A stretch of 41,905 bases of DNA from Tubiluchus corallicola (taxonomy: Eukaryota > Animalia > Priapulida): the NCBI GenBank assembly GCA_030141605.1, contig JAQGDQ010001421.1, positions 1 to 41,905 on the forward strand. Direction: 5' to 3'. The position numbers were made by a program, and so were the translations under genes. The notes below the pieces were generated by a model that saw only the letters and a list, made by a program, of their open reading frames with translations, was not told the origin of the DNA and searched no databases. Of the stretch, positions 1 to 13,586 are shown one piece after another (the stretch's first letter is position 1; every line of letters begins with the position of its first letter).

Positions 1-206
1 TAAGAGAGAAAGACACTCACAAATACATTCATTATGTCTACATGTGTAAGAGAGAAAGACACTCACAAATACTCTCATTATGTCTACGTGTGTAAGAGAG
101 AAAGTCACTCACAAATACACTCAATATGGTCCACATGTGTAAGAGAGAAAGACACTCACAAATACTCTCATTATGTCCACCTGTGTAAGAGAGAAAGTCA
201 CTCACT
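1..206. repeat. ~46-bp tandem repeat, about 4.5 copies, truncated by the window start
   Basis: Unit taagagagaaagacactcacaaatactctcattatgtc(t/c)acatgtg recurs at about 1, 47, 93, 140 and 186. Confidence 0.95.
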
Positions 207-1218
207 TGAAGAAAAACGAGTTGCACTAAAAAGAACAATAATTTTTGTATTTCTTAGAAAATCCTTGTCTAAAAATGCTAAAAAAATTAACCTGTAATTT
301 TTTTATTTTAAGATATAATAATATATTTAAGATACCACATCATGCACACTCTACTCATGGACAATAAAACCACTGAATTTTAAACAAAGTTAAACGTCAT
401 AATAACGTCATCCAATTACACAGTAGAAATTCGCACCATCACATTCTTTGCATTCTTTTCATTAAAAAACTAAACAGCCGTATTGTCAAATAAGCAAATA
501 CATCTAATTCTTTATATTTACTTTTATTATGCAACCATGTTTATGAAAATAATTAGTTGATTATACACAAAAATATGTAGACATAAATATGTTAAAGAAT
601 TAACATTTTTCTCTACCTATGCAGATAATTTAGACAATTCAATGTAATTCATTAATTTAACTTGAAATGGCGAACAGCACTTGGCAAATGGTATGTTTTC
701 TTCAAATATATAGATGACAGACAGATTCATGGAAGGTAGTTGAAGTTAAGTATCAAACTAAATTTTACATTCAGTAGAACTTTAAATTTTAATAAGAAAT
801 CCAATCACGTGAAATTTAATTTAATAAAAAAGAAAACTATCATCAATAAATCTGTAAGATATATTTATATATGAATATTTATGGATGCCAAATTTGTTAA
901 AGTGCATTATCTTTAACACTATTTTACAAAGCACAAAATCTTATAGAACGTTCGTTGTTTGATAAACATGCAATGAAAATGATTTTTCCCTATGAATCGT
1001 ACTTGAGAAAAAAGTATCATTGTTCATACAAAACTTACAAAATTTACCTTATAAGAACTGCTTAACAAAGCCTAGTGTGTTGTACCAGCCAATGGCAGGG
1101 TAGATAAGTCTAACCCTGCTGATTTATATTAATTATAAATTCAAATATTCTGGCATGATAATGTTATGGTAACCAATCAAAAATTTTGTTTGAGATTAAA
1201 CACAAGTTGGGAAAAATC

Positions 1219-1362
1219 TTAGCTAACTAGGTAGCCATTGAATATGCTGTGATAAGAAGATACCTTAAAGGTGAAATTAGTGACATAATGCGACATAAAC
1301 TTCATCTCCTGTTTTGAGAGGAAGGATAACAGCCTTTGTTGTGTCATGCCAAAGACCATCAC
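1219..1362 (-). pseudogene. Terminal C1q-domain exon with an internal frameshift
   Basis: Acceptor tttgttgtag, then (G)DGLWHDTTKAVILPLKTGDEVYV. After a frameshift near 1290 it reads HYVTNFTFKVSSYHSIFNGYLVS*. LxLxxGDxVxV and SxFxGxL are gC1q hallmarks, and phase 1 matches the 4114 exon. Confidence 0.8.
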
Positions 1363-1479
1363 CTACAACAAAATAATATTATTTTTAAGTACAACTTGTG
1401 TAAGAGCGAATACTAGTCACAAGGATGCATCAGTTTATCTTAATGTCAGGATTATTGTTAACATCACAAACCGAGAATT

Positions 1480-1700
1480 GAAAAAATTTAGATACCGAAC
1501 TTGAAAAGTAGGAAATGCGAAAAAGTTATATGCATGGATGGATTTGAACTAGCACCCTGTTGCTTGCAAGGCAAACGCTCAGCACCACATTCCCTGGTGA
1601 TCATGGTTATCCATTATATTACAGCTGGTTAACTAAATTAGCACTTAAAAAGTTAAAGCTCACAAACTAGACTGATTTATTTTAACTAATTTGAATATTT
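1480..1700 (-). mobile_element. tRNA-derived dispersed repeat (relative of the copies at 19878 and 37645)
   Basis: Minus strand reads gtggtgctgagcgtttgccttgcaagcaacagggtgctagttcaaatcc (TGC anticodon-like loop, B-box). Flanks resemble 19890-20110. Confidence 0.65.
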
Positions 1701-2188
1701 TTGGTTTAATTTGATTAATTATTGTAGTATTTTGCTAAACCAAGTTTTTCAACCTGAAGTATTAAATTTTAATGTTTTGTATGTTGTAATGCAGACAGAA
1801 TGATGATGAGTGGCTGTCATGCCATAGTTGTGATGTGGTGACTGTTTTCTAATTTTGATTGCTTCAATTTTGCAGGCTATGTAAAAACTTTAGAGGACCA
1901 ACTCAATGACGTACATCATTTTAAGTGGCCTTTACGTAACATGCAGATGCAGTTGCATTTTGGTGGATGCGGAATAGACAAAAACGGTTTATTATATTAT
2001 ATTATATCATTTGTGGAGGCTGCGGATGTGTTATTATTTTTCGCCAGCAATTCCGTATTACTTTTTTCCACAGTTCTGCAAGTAGAAAATGCATCAACAT
2101 ATGCATCCGATTTCTTAGAATGCCAAGTTAGACGAGACCCCTGAACTCGAACCCAGGAATAAAATGGCACAAGACTTTGTTGAAAAGA

Positions 2189-2557
2189 CAGAATTACAGT
2201 CTCTTAACCTCAATAGATGGTGAAGCTGAAGTGCAATTGGACACCTTTGGTCATTCCACACCACCTTACAGACCACATCGTACTTAACATGACAGTGATG
2301 AGGAAACAATCAGAACTACAGTCTCTTAACCTCAATAGATGGTGAAGCTGAAGTGCAATTGGACACCTTTGGTCATTCCACACCACCTTACAGACCACAT
2401 CGTACTTAACATGACAGTGATGAGGAAACAATCAGAACTACAGTCTCTTAACCTCAATAGATGGTGAAGCTGAAGTGCAATTGGACACCTTTGGTCATTC
2501 CACACCACCTTACAGACCACATCGTACTTAACATGACAGTGATGAGGAAACAATCAG
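2189..2557. repeat. 122-bp tandem repeat, 3 near-identical copies
   Basis: cagaa(t/c)tacagtctcttaacctcaatag... recurs with period 122. This explains the three identical ORFs in the track. Confidence 0.97.
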
Positions 2558-4113
2558 ATTTTATCCTCTGCTGCATGATAGTCTTACACAGTTGGAAATT
2601 GAAACTTGCATGCTGGCAAACATTCTACTGAAGTCTCACCAGTTAGTTGTACCACTGGAATCGTTAGCTGTTGCCTAATGCTGAACAACTAAGCCTGGTG
2701 TTAACCACCAACCAAGAGATGGGACTGGTTGCAGCCAGTATTTTTCTGTATTAACTCAAAGTGCTCTTGCTCCATAAATAAATACATAAATCTCTTTTTA
2801 CAGCACTTTAGGTTCGCAAACTCGTAATGAAGGGTGCACCAATAAAACCTGCCAATAAAGTAAAACTTAAACGAATCAATATTTCATCCAAACTCAACCG
2901 ACTAAATAAAAGAAAATCTTTAACTGTACTAAATAATTTTGTAGCCTCGTGCACAGACTAACGATATTTGAAATTATGCAACAGAAACTGTTATCTTCCT
3001 TTTACGCTGCATTTGGAAATCTTGTTGTCACGTTGCGGAAGGCTTTATTCAGCTTTCCTTTATTATGCTAACTCCATTCAAACTGGGAGCCTCGATTTTA
3101 AAGGGAGGTGGGTGGAGCTTTTGCCCTATTATTTGTTTAAACTTTCGTTCATTCAAGGACAGAGAACTTGCTACATGAATGTTATTTTAAACGCTCTTCA
3201 AAATAAAAACATCTATAAATCGAAATTCAATCATCTCACCTGAACGAAATTCACAAATCCTACCTTCCGATTGGCTGAAATTTAAATACTTACCTGTTTC
3301 ACCTGTGCAAAATCTATATAAACAAGTGCCGCCTTCTGATTCCTTAAGTTCAGGGGTTGCTGGTATTAGTTTGTGCGCCAAACAGGACAAGCCTGATCCC
3401 TTCATGATCCTGTCTCCTAACTGTTTGGGTGCCAATGTGTAGTAACCCCTCAAGGGTAGATTCCTTTTTTATGTTTTATGTTTAGCCGGCTAGTTGTTCT
3501 TTCGATTACAAAAATTCTTTCTTACATTAACATTTTAATTTTACAAAATCACTAAATTAGTCAAGATTATGGGCGGGACTTATGCCACTCATTCAATGCT
3601 AATTAATGTCTCTCGGGCATTTGGTTCAGTAATCTCGTTTCAGGATGAGGTACTCAAACCATGGCGTCTCGCCCACCGATAGCTCTGGTTCAAACCATTC
3701 AGGAGCTATTACAACTACCCTGCTGGCAAGTACCGACGATAACAGTATTTTTTGCTATTTTATGTTTCACTTATGCATTTTTGTTTAAGTATAACAGTAC
3801 TTCTTTTACAAATTATTATTATCAGACGAATTAAAATGAAGAAAACATAATTATGTTAATGAATAATTAAACTAGAATTGTAAATAAGGTGAGTGAGCTT
3901 TAAACAATCAATAAGTAATTGACAAATGGGATTGACAGTCACCAACTTGTGAATGAATGAACAAATGAACGAATAAAACTTAATGAATATGACATTATTG
4001 TAGAAAATTAGTTGATGTAAAAAATTATTTAGTTAAAACTCTTGAGTAATGAATGTGTCAGCATGGATGTAGACAAGGTGCCTCATTGCAAATAGTTTAC
4101 TAAACAAGCTTAC

Positions 4114-4242
4114 CTGGATGAGAGATATACGCAACTGTACTCCAATTATGCTTAAGAAAGGCAACATAATTATAATAGCTTCTCTTCGCAAACAGATTCA
4201 CTGCAAATGAGTAAGTGCCCTTGATAGGCGCTGTGAATTTTC
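4114..4242 (-). CDS. C1q-domain internal exon (129 bp, phase 1-1)
   Basis: ttttactttacag/...CCAG/gtaag. Translates (G)KFTAPIKGTYSFAVNLFAKRSYYNYVAFLKHNWSTVAYISHP; GxFxAPxxGxYxF is the canonical gC1q motif. Confidence 0.85.
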
Positions 4243-5342
4243 CTGTAAAGTAAAAAACCAAATTAATGTTTATGTCTTCATCTAATGTATAAATTTAATT
4301 AAAAAAGTACCCAGAAGTTAATCCAAAGGTGCACATATGTGATCTTTGTTCTTTTAATGTGTAACGTAATGTAAAATTTGTTCATACTATGTACTATCGT
4401 ATATAAAATCTTAGTGCTGAAGAAAAAATATGCATTTAAAAATCAATATACTGAACTGCTGTCTATTTACAACAGAGGCAAGGAGGATGATACTGCAGCC
4501 CTAACAGAGTTGCATTGCAGGTTTATGCTTAAGCTAACAAATGTTTAAGCTGAAACAAAATTATTGATTCATATAGTTGAATTAAAATGAATTATGGATT
4601 TATTATTAAGCACATTGCAAACACAGCTTACCGAAATAACAACTCTGGAAAAAATGACACAGGTGGCCCGTTTGTTGCAAAGCCTGTGAGTGTAAACAGA
4701 GCTGGATGAGAGAACACTATTGACCACTGACAAGGGTCTACAGTACACCTTCCCTTTTCATAAGCTCCCTTTGTGCATGTGATTAGTTGTTTTTACTACT
4801 AGACAGTCAGAATTTCAATCTGCTCTAGGTAAAGGCACATTCACATGCACACCTGAGAGGTTTACTGCATTCCTTTGTCAGCACTTACGTTTACCCATAT
4901 TTAATTTCATTTTTTTTAAATTTAATTTTAATTTTTTCATTAGCCTACTCCAGCACTGAGTTTGTCCCCGCCCATGCCCCCTCAATCCTGACAAAGAAGT
5001 TTCCTCTTTGATTGGGAGGAAGTAAAAAGCACCACCCTCAGAAACTGAAATGCAAAACAGACTGAAAAACTTAGTCTTAGAGAAAAACAATTATGTGAAA
5101 CGATTACCGAATTCGAAATTAAAACTTGAAAATAATCTCATTTTCTTGTTCAATTAAGTTAAAGTCAATCGTCGTATTTCACATAACAGCTTTTTATAAC
5201 AGCAAATTGACTTAGAAAACTACCAAGTATGTCTCAATTGTCTTTGTAAAGTATGTAAAAATAAATGCAATGAGATCATCCATTATCCGTTAAGCAATTC
5301 ATACGATCTGCATTACGCAACGGTTCATTCAGTATGAATCAC

Positions 5343-5580
5343 CATAGCTTGAAAGGCAACTGTGACATCAACTGCAATGGTAAGGTGTGAACCAGCCTTT
5401 AACGAGCCAATGCAGTTTTAATACTACAGCTATAATGCCTTGGTTAGGTTGCTTCTCTGTAAAATACAAATGCTAGTGTTCTTGTCAAACGCACAGGGAA
5501 TTCCACGATTTTTCGTAATAAATCCAGCATAAAATTTATTCAACATAAGTACTGGCTTCTGTGATGAAAGACGGTGCAAC
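5343..5580 (-). pseudogene. Degraded Ig-like segment leading into the start of a C1q domain
   Basis: Fragments in shifting frames with stops: VAPSFITEA..., NQG/HYSCSI/NCIGSLKAGSHLTIAVDVTVAFQAM. These match the Ig F-G strands (GxYxCxxxNxxG), followed by C1q-like VAFxA. Confidence 0.45.
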
Positions 5581-7394
5581 AGATGGAAAAAGTAGTAAGT
5601 ATTGTATTTGTAAGGCCATCTTAATTTGTACCGAGAACAAACATTTTTGCAAGACAAATCTGCATCAATGATAAAAATCAGCATCTTTGATAAAAATCAG
5701 AATCTTTGATAAATTCGTTTGTAAAGTTCAAATGCAAATGTAACTTAGCACCCCATGATCAGTAACAACATTGGCAACTTTAACTTGTAAAAGAATAATT
5801 TTAACACCTTGCGCCGTGTTTGACTGAACTTAGGGTTGGCCAGTGGTCAAATTTCATCAGTTGTGAAGCTAAAAATAGGACCACGAAAGAAAGGAAATTA
5901 AGCAAAACAAATATAGGGCATAGCTAGTGGCAGATTATGTCCCTTTGGAGCACCTAGACTAAATAACTTTTAAATATTTTGCAAATCAAATTAACGCATA
6001 GGCCTATCTAAACACAACCATGGTGAAAAAGTGTATTTTTATACCCAGCATTATGACAATAAAACAATAAAAATATAAATAAGTTTGTCATATTGATATG
6101 ATTTCAGTTTATGAAACAATTTAAAAGCTTTAACATTTGGAAAATTAAAATCGTTGTTTTACAAAAATTCTAAGATTCTAAAATCAATCATTGTCTATAT
6201 TTAAAACATGGTAAGTCAATGGACTGGGACTCCAGGATTCACAGCTTGCCCCAAATGCACACACACGCACGCGCGCACACACACCCACACCCACCCGCAT
6301 GCACACACACACACACAAACGTATATACGTACATGCATATGAGGTGAGTCCTGTGGGATTTTCCAATAAATCCTGCTAGGATATTAATGTTGTGTGGAAT
6401 CAAAATGTCAGCCAGACCATTTCAATAATGTTTAGATGGTATGATGATAGAAGCAAATATTATGTTATTTTCATGTTGGGACGCATTTTTAACTTATAGC
6501 AAACCACATACCCGTGGACGATGAATATACATTTCCATAATTGATTCGGATCCCTCTAAATTTCACGATGTCTCCACGGCATCCAGTGCTGCTTTGTGGT
6601 GAATCAACAGAGAAAGCAAAGGCTGAAATGATAATATTTCTTGTCATTTTTATTATTACGAGCTGGTCAATATTACTATGTCATCACAGTCAAAGATGTT
6701 TCTACAATTATCACCATCCTTTCCATTATCCAGAGTAATTTGGTACCAACAACATGGATTAGCCACAATCTATTCAGTGCATCAATCATTGTGAACTCGT
6801 ATCGATACGTTGTTAAACATCATTGTGCCGTCAATGGTGACTCAAAATGAGGGGTTGAACTTTGTAACACAGGATGGTTTGCCCTAAAAATAGGACAGGA
6901 ATAGGAGGAGGCATACACAAAATTACAAGTAAGAAAAAATCAAGACTACATGAAATTGTCCAATGAGAAACAAGATCAGTGAATTATGGTGGATATTGAA
7001 ATGTTTTTTTAATTTACAGCTGACATGTTTGCATTAATGCTATTCTGCTACGTGTTGCTGTATTTGTTTGTATTTATGGTATCAGGATGAGCAAATGGGC
7101 TAATAAAGTCCTCTGTTGTTCTATGAACAGTTTCGCTCTGTCGAGTTGCTCACATCAACCCTCAGCGACTCCTGCCAGTAATTCCGGATATTGCTAGATT
7201 TGTTCATAACATGCATTAAAAGTGAAACACAAAGGAAAAACACATTAGCAAACCCAAGTCAGAGGCTTAGAGACCGTTTGCATGATAAGACAACAATGCT
7301 TGTTGCACTAGAGAGAATTAAAAATGAATTTGCAAAAATGAAAATATAAATTAAAGTAATCAGATTGTAAGCTAAGAAAAGGGTTAACACAGAC

Positions 7395-7585
7395 TTTTGA
7401 GATGTAGTTTCTTAGTGGATACTTTCTGGAAGCATTACTGGATAATTGTAAAATATTGTGATCCAGTTTCCAGGTGAAGGTTGGTGGTGGATTAGCATCA
7501 GCTTCACATTTCAGCTCCAATGTTGATAACATTACAATCTCTGAACTTCCAGTAATAATACTGAGATTTGCAGTGTGTGGTTTGT
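7395..7585 (-). CDS. Immunoglobulin-domain exon (N-terminal half); donor site uncertain
   Basis: Acceptor tttattag, phase 1. Reads DKPHTANLSIITGSSEIVMLSTLELKCEADANPPPTFTWKLD, with the LxCxAxxNPxPxxxW Ig motif. Confidence 0.8.
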
Positions 7586-8403
7586 CTAATAAAAATAAAT
7601 CATAAAATTTTACTCAGGATATTAAACACAGAGCTTGTAGACATAATAAGTAGACATCTTGCTTTTCTTTTTACTTTGTAGTTTTTGCTATTGTTAACTG
7701 CCTTTTTGCGAAACTGTTATTGATAGTTGTGGTAATGACCTGTTTTGATTTATCTAAACGAACTAAAAAGTAAATAAAAGTAGTAAAAAATAATCATAAT
7801 AATTTACTCCATTTCGTATGAGATTTTGTTGTCGGAATACTTGAAATCTATGTATATTGTGATCAACATGGAAAACCATAATGCCTATGTAGACCCCGTA
7901 ACATCAAACCTTAGAACCGCTGGTTTTTCAAGTGAGTTCTTCGACATTGCAACTTCTCTAAAGACATATTAATTACACATAGGTTGTTGATTTTTCAGGT
8001 TCATATGCCTTGTTGCCCTCTGGTAAATTGCAGGACAACAACTGCCCACATATGTTGCCTAACCCCTTTTATTTTTAATAAAAGATGATGCAACAAGTTA
8101 GGCAGATTTGGGGATGAGTTGGGAGGTAAACAACCATAAATGCACTCTCACCATAAATGTCTACTAGCTCCCAACAATGTGCGTTTCTATTACGTGTGCT
8201 TACATTAAATGAGGGAAACTCCAGGTATCCCATGCTGTCATGGAGTCTCAAGGGTCTAATTACTAGTTTCTGTGACTTTCATTTTAACAGGTTAGTACGA
8301 AAGCCTTAAAGGAGCTGTGAAGACTAGATGAAGCCAAGTTTCCGGAAAGTCAGTAAGTCTGGTTGAAAGACATGGCTTCTTATTTGAACCTTGAATTGCA
8401 CGT

Positions 8404-8812
8404 ACTAGACATCTTAGACATCATCAAGCCCTGCTCACTCTTCTTAGACGTCTTCAATCCCTGCCCGCTCTTCTTAGATGTCTTCAAGCCCTGCTCTCAC
8501 TTCTTATCAAGCCCTACTCACTCTTCTTAGACATCATCAAGCCCTGCTCACTCTTCTTAGACGTCTTCAATCCCTGCCCGCTCTTCTTAGACGTCTTCAA
8601 TCCCTGCCCGCTCTTCTTAGACATCATCAAGCCCTGCTCTCACTTCTTAGACGTCATCAAGCCCTGCTCTCACTTCTTAGACGTTATCAAGCCCTGCTCA
8701 CTCTTCTTAGACGTCATCAAGCCCTGCTCACTCTTCTTAGACATCATCAAGCCCTGCTCACTCTTCTTAGACATCTCCAAGCATTGCTTATACTTCTTAG
8801 ATGTCATCCAGA
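8404..8812. repeat. 30-bp minisatellite, about 13 copies
   Basis: Unit ttcttagac(a/g)tcatcaagccctgctcactc. Produces the HQALLTLLRR pseudo-ORF. Confidence 0.95.
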
Positions 8813-9587
8813 CACAACAATCTGATACAGTGTGGCCTCAAGTCTACTCTATTTTTAGGGAGTCTTAATTTGGCCTTGGTGATCGGTTTTCCTGGAATAG
8901 GAACCCACCCAGGCAGTAGCAAGCAGGCGATCAATGAATTAGTGTGTATGATCACGCAAGTCTACGCCAGATTAAGCTCAATAGGCCAAGTTGTAGTGAC
9001 TGAAAAGGATGTGTTTTTCTTAATTTCATCCAATCATACCACTTATAAACGTTTAAACAAATAGCATGATTGGATAGCCGAGATTATCCTGAATAGAGCT
9101 GTACATAATTTGTAATCATTTAGTTATGTCTGTGCTATTACAGTCAGAGGTCTTATAAGATCTATTTTGAGTGGTGTGGTCCTGAAGGAGTTAACAGATT
9201 GATTCGTCCCGCAATGGAGAAGCTTAATGGCTTTGATTTTCCAGTATTCTGGCAGCTCAATGACTCCGTGTGGAAGGCAATAAAAATACGGCTATATTCT
9301 TATTCACGTGCTCCAAATGTTGATATAGCTGATTGATCATCGTGTTTGCAGGGTCAGGACAGAAAGTGTGGGGTCACTGATTGGACATCGTTCGTTACCC
9401 CTCCCTAGCTATTATTCGTGATTCGGCAATTTCTTTCAGATTAAAAAATACTTAAAATAACAATTAAGCATTAAATATTCAGACCGACATACAGAATGAG
9501 TGTAAGTGAAATCAGTTTTGTTACTTTTGTACATATACACGTACGCAAGATGATCTACTTCTAATTTAAAAACAAAGTTTAATATTG

Positions 9588-9781
9588 TTAAAGGGAGAAC
9601 GGATGATTGTTTAGACTCAATCTCACTTTAATTTACTGTCGGAAAAAATATCAATTGTTCCTTATGTTTGAATAATTAGCTTAGAAAGTTAATGAACGGC
9701 AGCCGAACACACCTATTGCTTATGTCAGAAACAAACCACAGTTTGTGCAATGGCAGGTGTCTTCCCGTTCGCGTCAGGCAC
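9588..9781 (+). mobile_element. Dispersed repeat, probably a non-autonomous DNA transposon end; second copy at 32353-32568
   Basis: Both loci share gattgtttagactc...gaataattagcttagaaagttaat...accacagtttgtgcaatggcagg. This copy begins ttaaagg, a terminus style seen in Kolobok-type elements. Confidence 0.65.
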
Positions 9782-10624
9782 TTTTGCATTACATTGCGTT
9801 CTTCGCGAACAGCGCACAGGATCATGGGTAAAATGATGTTATTCGATGTGTCAACAAACCCGTGTGACAAATTACATTATCGTCAGTTTCAACAACAATT
9901 TTAATGGTGTAGAGTGCTGCAAAGTTGAGTTGACTAACAAAATAAAATGAATTTTTAGAAATCAGTATGGTGCCAACAACAATGACAGCAAATCTAGTCT
10001 GATGTCATAGTGTAGTGTGGCACAGCTCGGCTTAAGGAGTATGATATTCGGTTAAAGTGCCACCTATCATTGACTTCGGCAACTAATTTTATTTCACTTT
10101 TTTACATAAAAAATGTTGGGTTCAGCTTTGACATTATCTTGAGGCTATTTGTAATTCAAATTTAAACTGAGTAAAAGCAAGAACAAGTGAACTAAGATTA
10201 AACAACAATTTATTTTATTGGCTTTGCTATAAAAGTTACTATACAGCTAATTTTAGTTAGGTGAAATCCACAATCATCAAAACAATTCTTGTTTCTAGTT
10301 AAAGAAATCTTCTATAGCAATTGCAATTGGTCATGCAAAGAATGCTAGAGTCCAGGTTTCAGTAAGATTAAGCAGTCGCAATTTTCTTGCCAATCCTGTG
10401 TATATGTACTATGTTCCAGTTCCACATTTAACTAAAAGTGAGCAAAACTATGATCCGGTCTCTTCTTTCACTTATTTGTATAAGATCTCGAATAACCCCG
10501 GATCAATAACTAGCTGACTTGTGATCTGCAACTTTTTTCAAGTAGAACTTTATATTTTTGCTGATTCAGTCCAAATTATTTTTCTGCTTGTGCATAATTT
10601 GCTAGCTTTCAGCTAGATATCTTG

Positions 10625-11130
10625 AACTCTTAATTCTGCAGCTCTTTTAATTCTGCAACTCTTTTTAATTCTGCAATTCTTTTAATTCTGGAACTCTTTT
10701 AAATTCTGCAACTCTTTTAATTCTGCAACTCTTTTCAATTCTGCAACTTTTTTCAATTCTGGAACTCTTTCAATTCTGGAATTCTTTTAATTCTGCAAAT
10801 CTTTTCAATTCTGGAACTCTTTTTAATTCTGGAACTCTTTTTAATTCTGGAACTCTTTAATTCTGGAACTCTTTTTAATTCTGGAACTCTTTTTAATTCT
10901 GGAACTCTTTTAATTCTGCAACTCTTTTCAATTCTGGAACTCTTTTATTCCAGGGATTTTCTGCAATTCTTTTAATTCCAGGAACTTTCTGCAACTCTTT
11001 TAATTCCAGGAACTCCTGGAACTCTTTTGATCTTGGATTTTCCTGGAACTTTCAGCAACTCTTTTAAATCTAAAAACTTTCTGGAACTCTTTCTGTCTCT
11101 GCAACTGCTTTAATCCTGGAACTCTTTTCT
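10625..11130. repeat. Degenerate ~19-20-bp minisatellite
   Basis: Unit aactctttt(t/c)aattctg(c/g) with variable T-tract length. Confidence 0.9.
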
Positions 11131-11214
11131 AGCGAAGTCTTTTCTAGGTTCTAGATTCCTGACACATTCTAGCTAGTTTTGAAAGCTAGCTTTATCTAGT
11201 AAGTTAAAACTTAC

Positions 11215-11316
11215 TTCTCATCCTGCTTCTCTTCCATGTTTAGTTGCTGTAGCTCTTTATCACTTTGAAAGTGTGCGGATATGTGTGGTCAATGGCCTGG
11301 CCCTCCCTTTATATAG
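11215..11316 (-). promoter_or_regulatory. Candidate TATA promoter with a short first exon (MEEKQDE)
   Basis: Minus strand: GC-flanked TATATAAA (11308-11315), aaacATGG at 11237, consensus donor GTAAGT after 11215. Confidence 0.4.
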
Positions 11317-12605
11317 CCGCCTGAGCGTCGGCGTCGCTAAGTTCCCATGGATTGTGCATTGTAACCGAGGGTGATCTGGTCATTACACTTATTATTACTC
11401 TAATTATAATTTCATCAATTTGCTTTGCTCTTTTTAACAGCGCATATGTTTATCTACATTTAATCTAATTTATCAGCATATGTTTGATCCTTTTTGTTTT
11501 TATTTTCTTGTTTTCCAAAACGGGAATTCACCGGGTTGTGAAGTTTCATCTCCGTGTGTTTATCTTTCGGCCAGCATCTGGTGTGTTCGCCAAATAACGA
11601 AGATGTGCCTAACATAAGCGCATCCATAATGGCTGCGCCCATAGCGCCTGTAAACAATATTGAAATTCCGATGATTATATATTTTTAGAGAATATTACAA
11701 TAGTATGCAAAGGTTCCAAAGGATATAGAGCGATAATGTTAATATTTTTTCCAATTTTGAATGCTTAATTATGTAATAGTAACTGTTACAACCTTAAGAA
11801 GTCAATGTTTCTTAAATTATCAGCAATAACTTGGCAAACTCACCAGTGTCTAATAATCATGTTTATGCACACTGAAGGATAGCTGACTAGGTGACCTAAA
11901 GACAAAAACAACAAACTGAATAAAAAAATTAAACAAAAATTAATTATTATAAAGCTATTATAATTTACAGGTTTTCTGCAGTGGGAGCATGCTGAAAATG
12001 AAAACAGTTGTCGATACGTGAAGGATTCTGGCTATCATCAAACCAAATTACAAAAGAGGACTATTGTCAGTGCCACAGGAGTGGTGTATATAAAGGACTT
12101 GGGTAAAGCAAGCAGCATGTGAAAGTACAAGGATCAATGAGGCTAAGATTTAAATGCTCTGCAAGACTAACACTAACAGTCTGGACTAATAAAAATGGTA
12201 AGAAATTGTAGCTGTAAACTAGTTGACAATTTTTCTGACAAGTAGAAACTGAGTTTTGCAAATCTCAGTTTGGAACGCTATTCAGTAAACTAAAATTCAT
12301 TAGTGATTCATTACTTACTTTCGATTATGGATGCATTCGTTAATTTACTTTTCCATAACTAAAACTATAGATGCCTTCAAGTTACCAGAAGTTTCTAGCG
12401 ACTAAAAGCCAAATACGGTACTGTCCATCTTTCTGGTGAAAGTGCAAAGTATTTTTTTATATATATGAAAGCTGAATAAGGAAACTTGTAAAAGACTCAT
12501 ATTATTATTATTTAATTCATATTATACTCAAATTTATATTATTTTTTAATTTGCCATATTGGGTTCTTTTTTATTAGCTTTGTTTATTATATATATATTA
12601 TTATT

Positions 12606-13586
12606 TTAATATTTTGCCTATATATAAACAACATATCCAGTGTATTACAACACTCACAAATAACGCAATACGCTGATGACACTACAATCTACATAGCCCA
12701 TGTAAATATCCAAACTGCAAAAAATTATTTAGAAGAAGATATAAAAAATATAAATATGGCATTTAGTATTTACAAGCTAAAAATGAATAATGACAAAACA
12801 GAATTCATGGTACTGTCACCCTCATTAAATACTAATGATGCATCATCAACCACTTTGACAATAGATAATGCTGTAATCAAACAAACTAATGATGTTAAAT
12901 TCCTGGGCATACAAGTAGACAATAATCTTTCATGGGATGATCACTTTAATAACATATGCACAAAAATGGCATCTAGCACATCATATCTCCGACAAGTTAA
13001 AGGGCAACTAACAAAGGAAACTAAGACACTAATATATAAAACTTTAGTTCTTCCACATTTCTTATATGGATGTACGCTACTTCAAAAAACCAAAAGAGAA
13101 AATTACTTAAAATTAAATCTCGTTCAAAACTATGCGTTGAGATTGATAGCTGGGTACTCATACAAACATAAGGCAGGTAGACAAAAATGCAAAGCTTCAA
13201 CAACTAACCTGAGAAAAACTTTAAAATTCCCAATCATTGAAGCACACAAAGAATATTTTACTCTGCTTTTTATATTTAAATACGTTAACAACATCAGCAA
13301 ACCATTCCAGAATAACAGATTTACCTTTTTTCCAAATCCTATCGTTAATTCCAGAACAAGCAATCTAAAACAAATTAGGACAAATACCCACTATGGAACG
13401 AACTCTGTAATCAAACAAGCAATTCTACTTTGGAATTCTCTACCATTACAGGTTAAACAAATCAAGTCCCTATCAGCATTTAAAACAAAATTAAAATCAC
13501 TAATATTAACCAGATATGAAATACCATCACACCAGTACGACAACATACACACTAATTCAGAATTCATATATCCACGGCCATATTAA
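12606..13586 (+). mobile_element. 5'-truncated non-LTR retrotransposon (CR1/L2-group) ORF2 C-terminus
   Basis: In-frame LIFCLYINN...QYADDT (12669)...KTEFM...KFLGIQVDNNLSWDDH...LWNSLP...FKTKLK. Lies antisense just downstream of the TTLL stop codon. Confidence 0.93.

Larger units (their letters stand above)
1219..7585 (-). pseudogene. Decayed multi-exon gene with Ig domain(s) followed by a C-terminal globular C1q domain
   Basis: Collinear minus-strand segments: Ig exon (7395-7585), degraded Ig segment running into VAFQA (5343-5580), C1q exon (4114-4242) and terminal C1q exon with a frameshift (1219-1362). Confidence 0.6.

Noticed and set aside
3040-3300. Possible DIRS-type terminal repeat (tacttacctg, gggaggtgggtggag)
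   Set aside because: Only motif resemblance; no RT or tyrosine recombinase sequence and no partner repeat seen.
4632-4737. Possible extra exon of the C1q gene (GPPVSFFPELLF, gtaag donor)
   Set aside because: Phase 2 end does not fit the 4242 acceptor, and the C1q similarity is weak.
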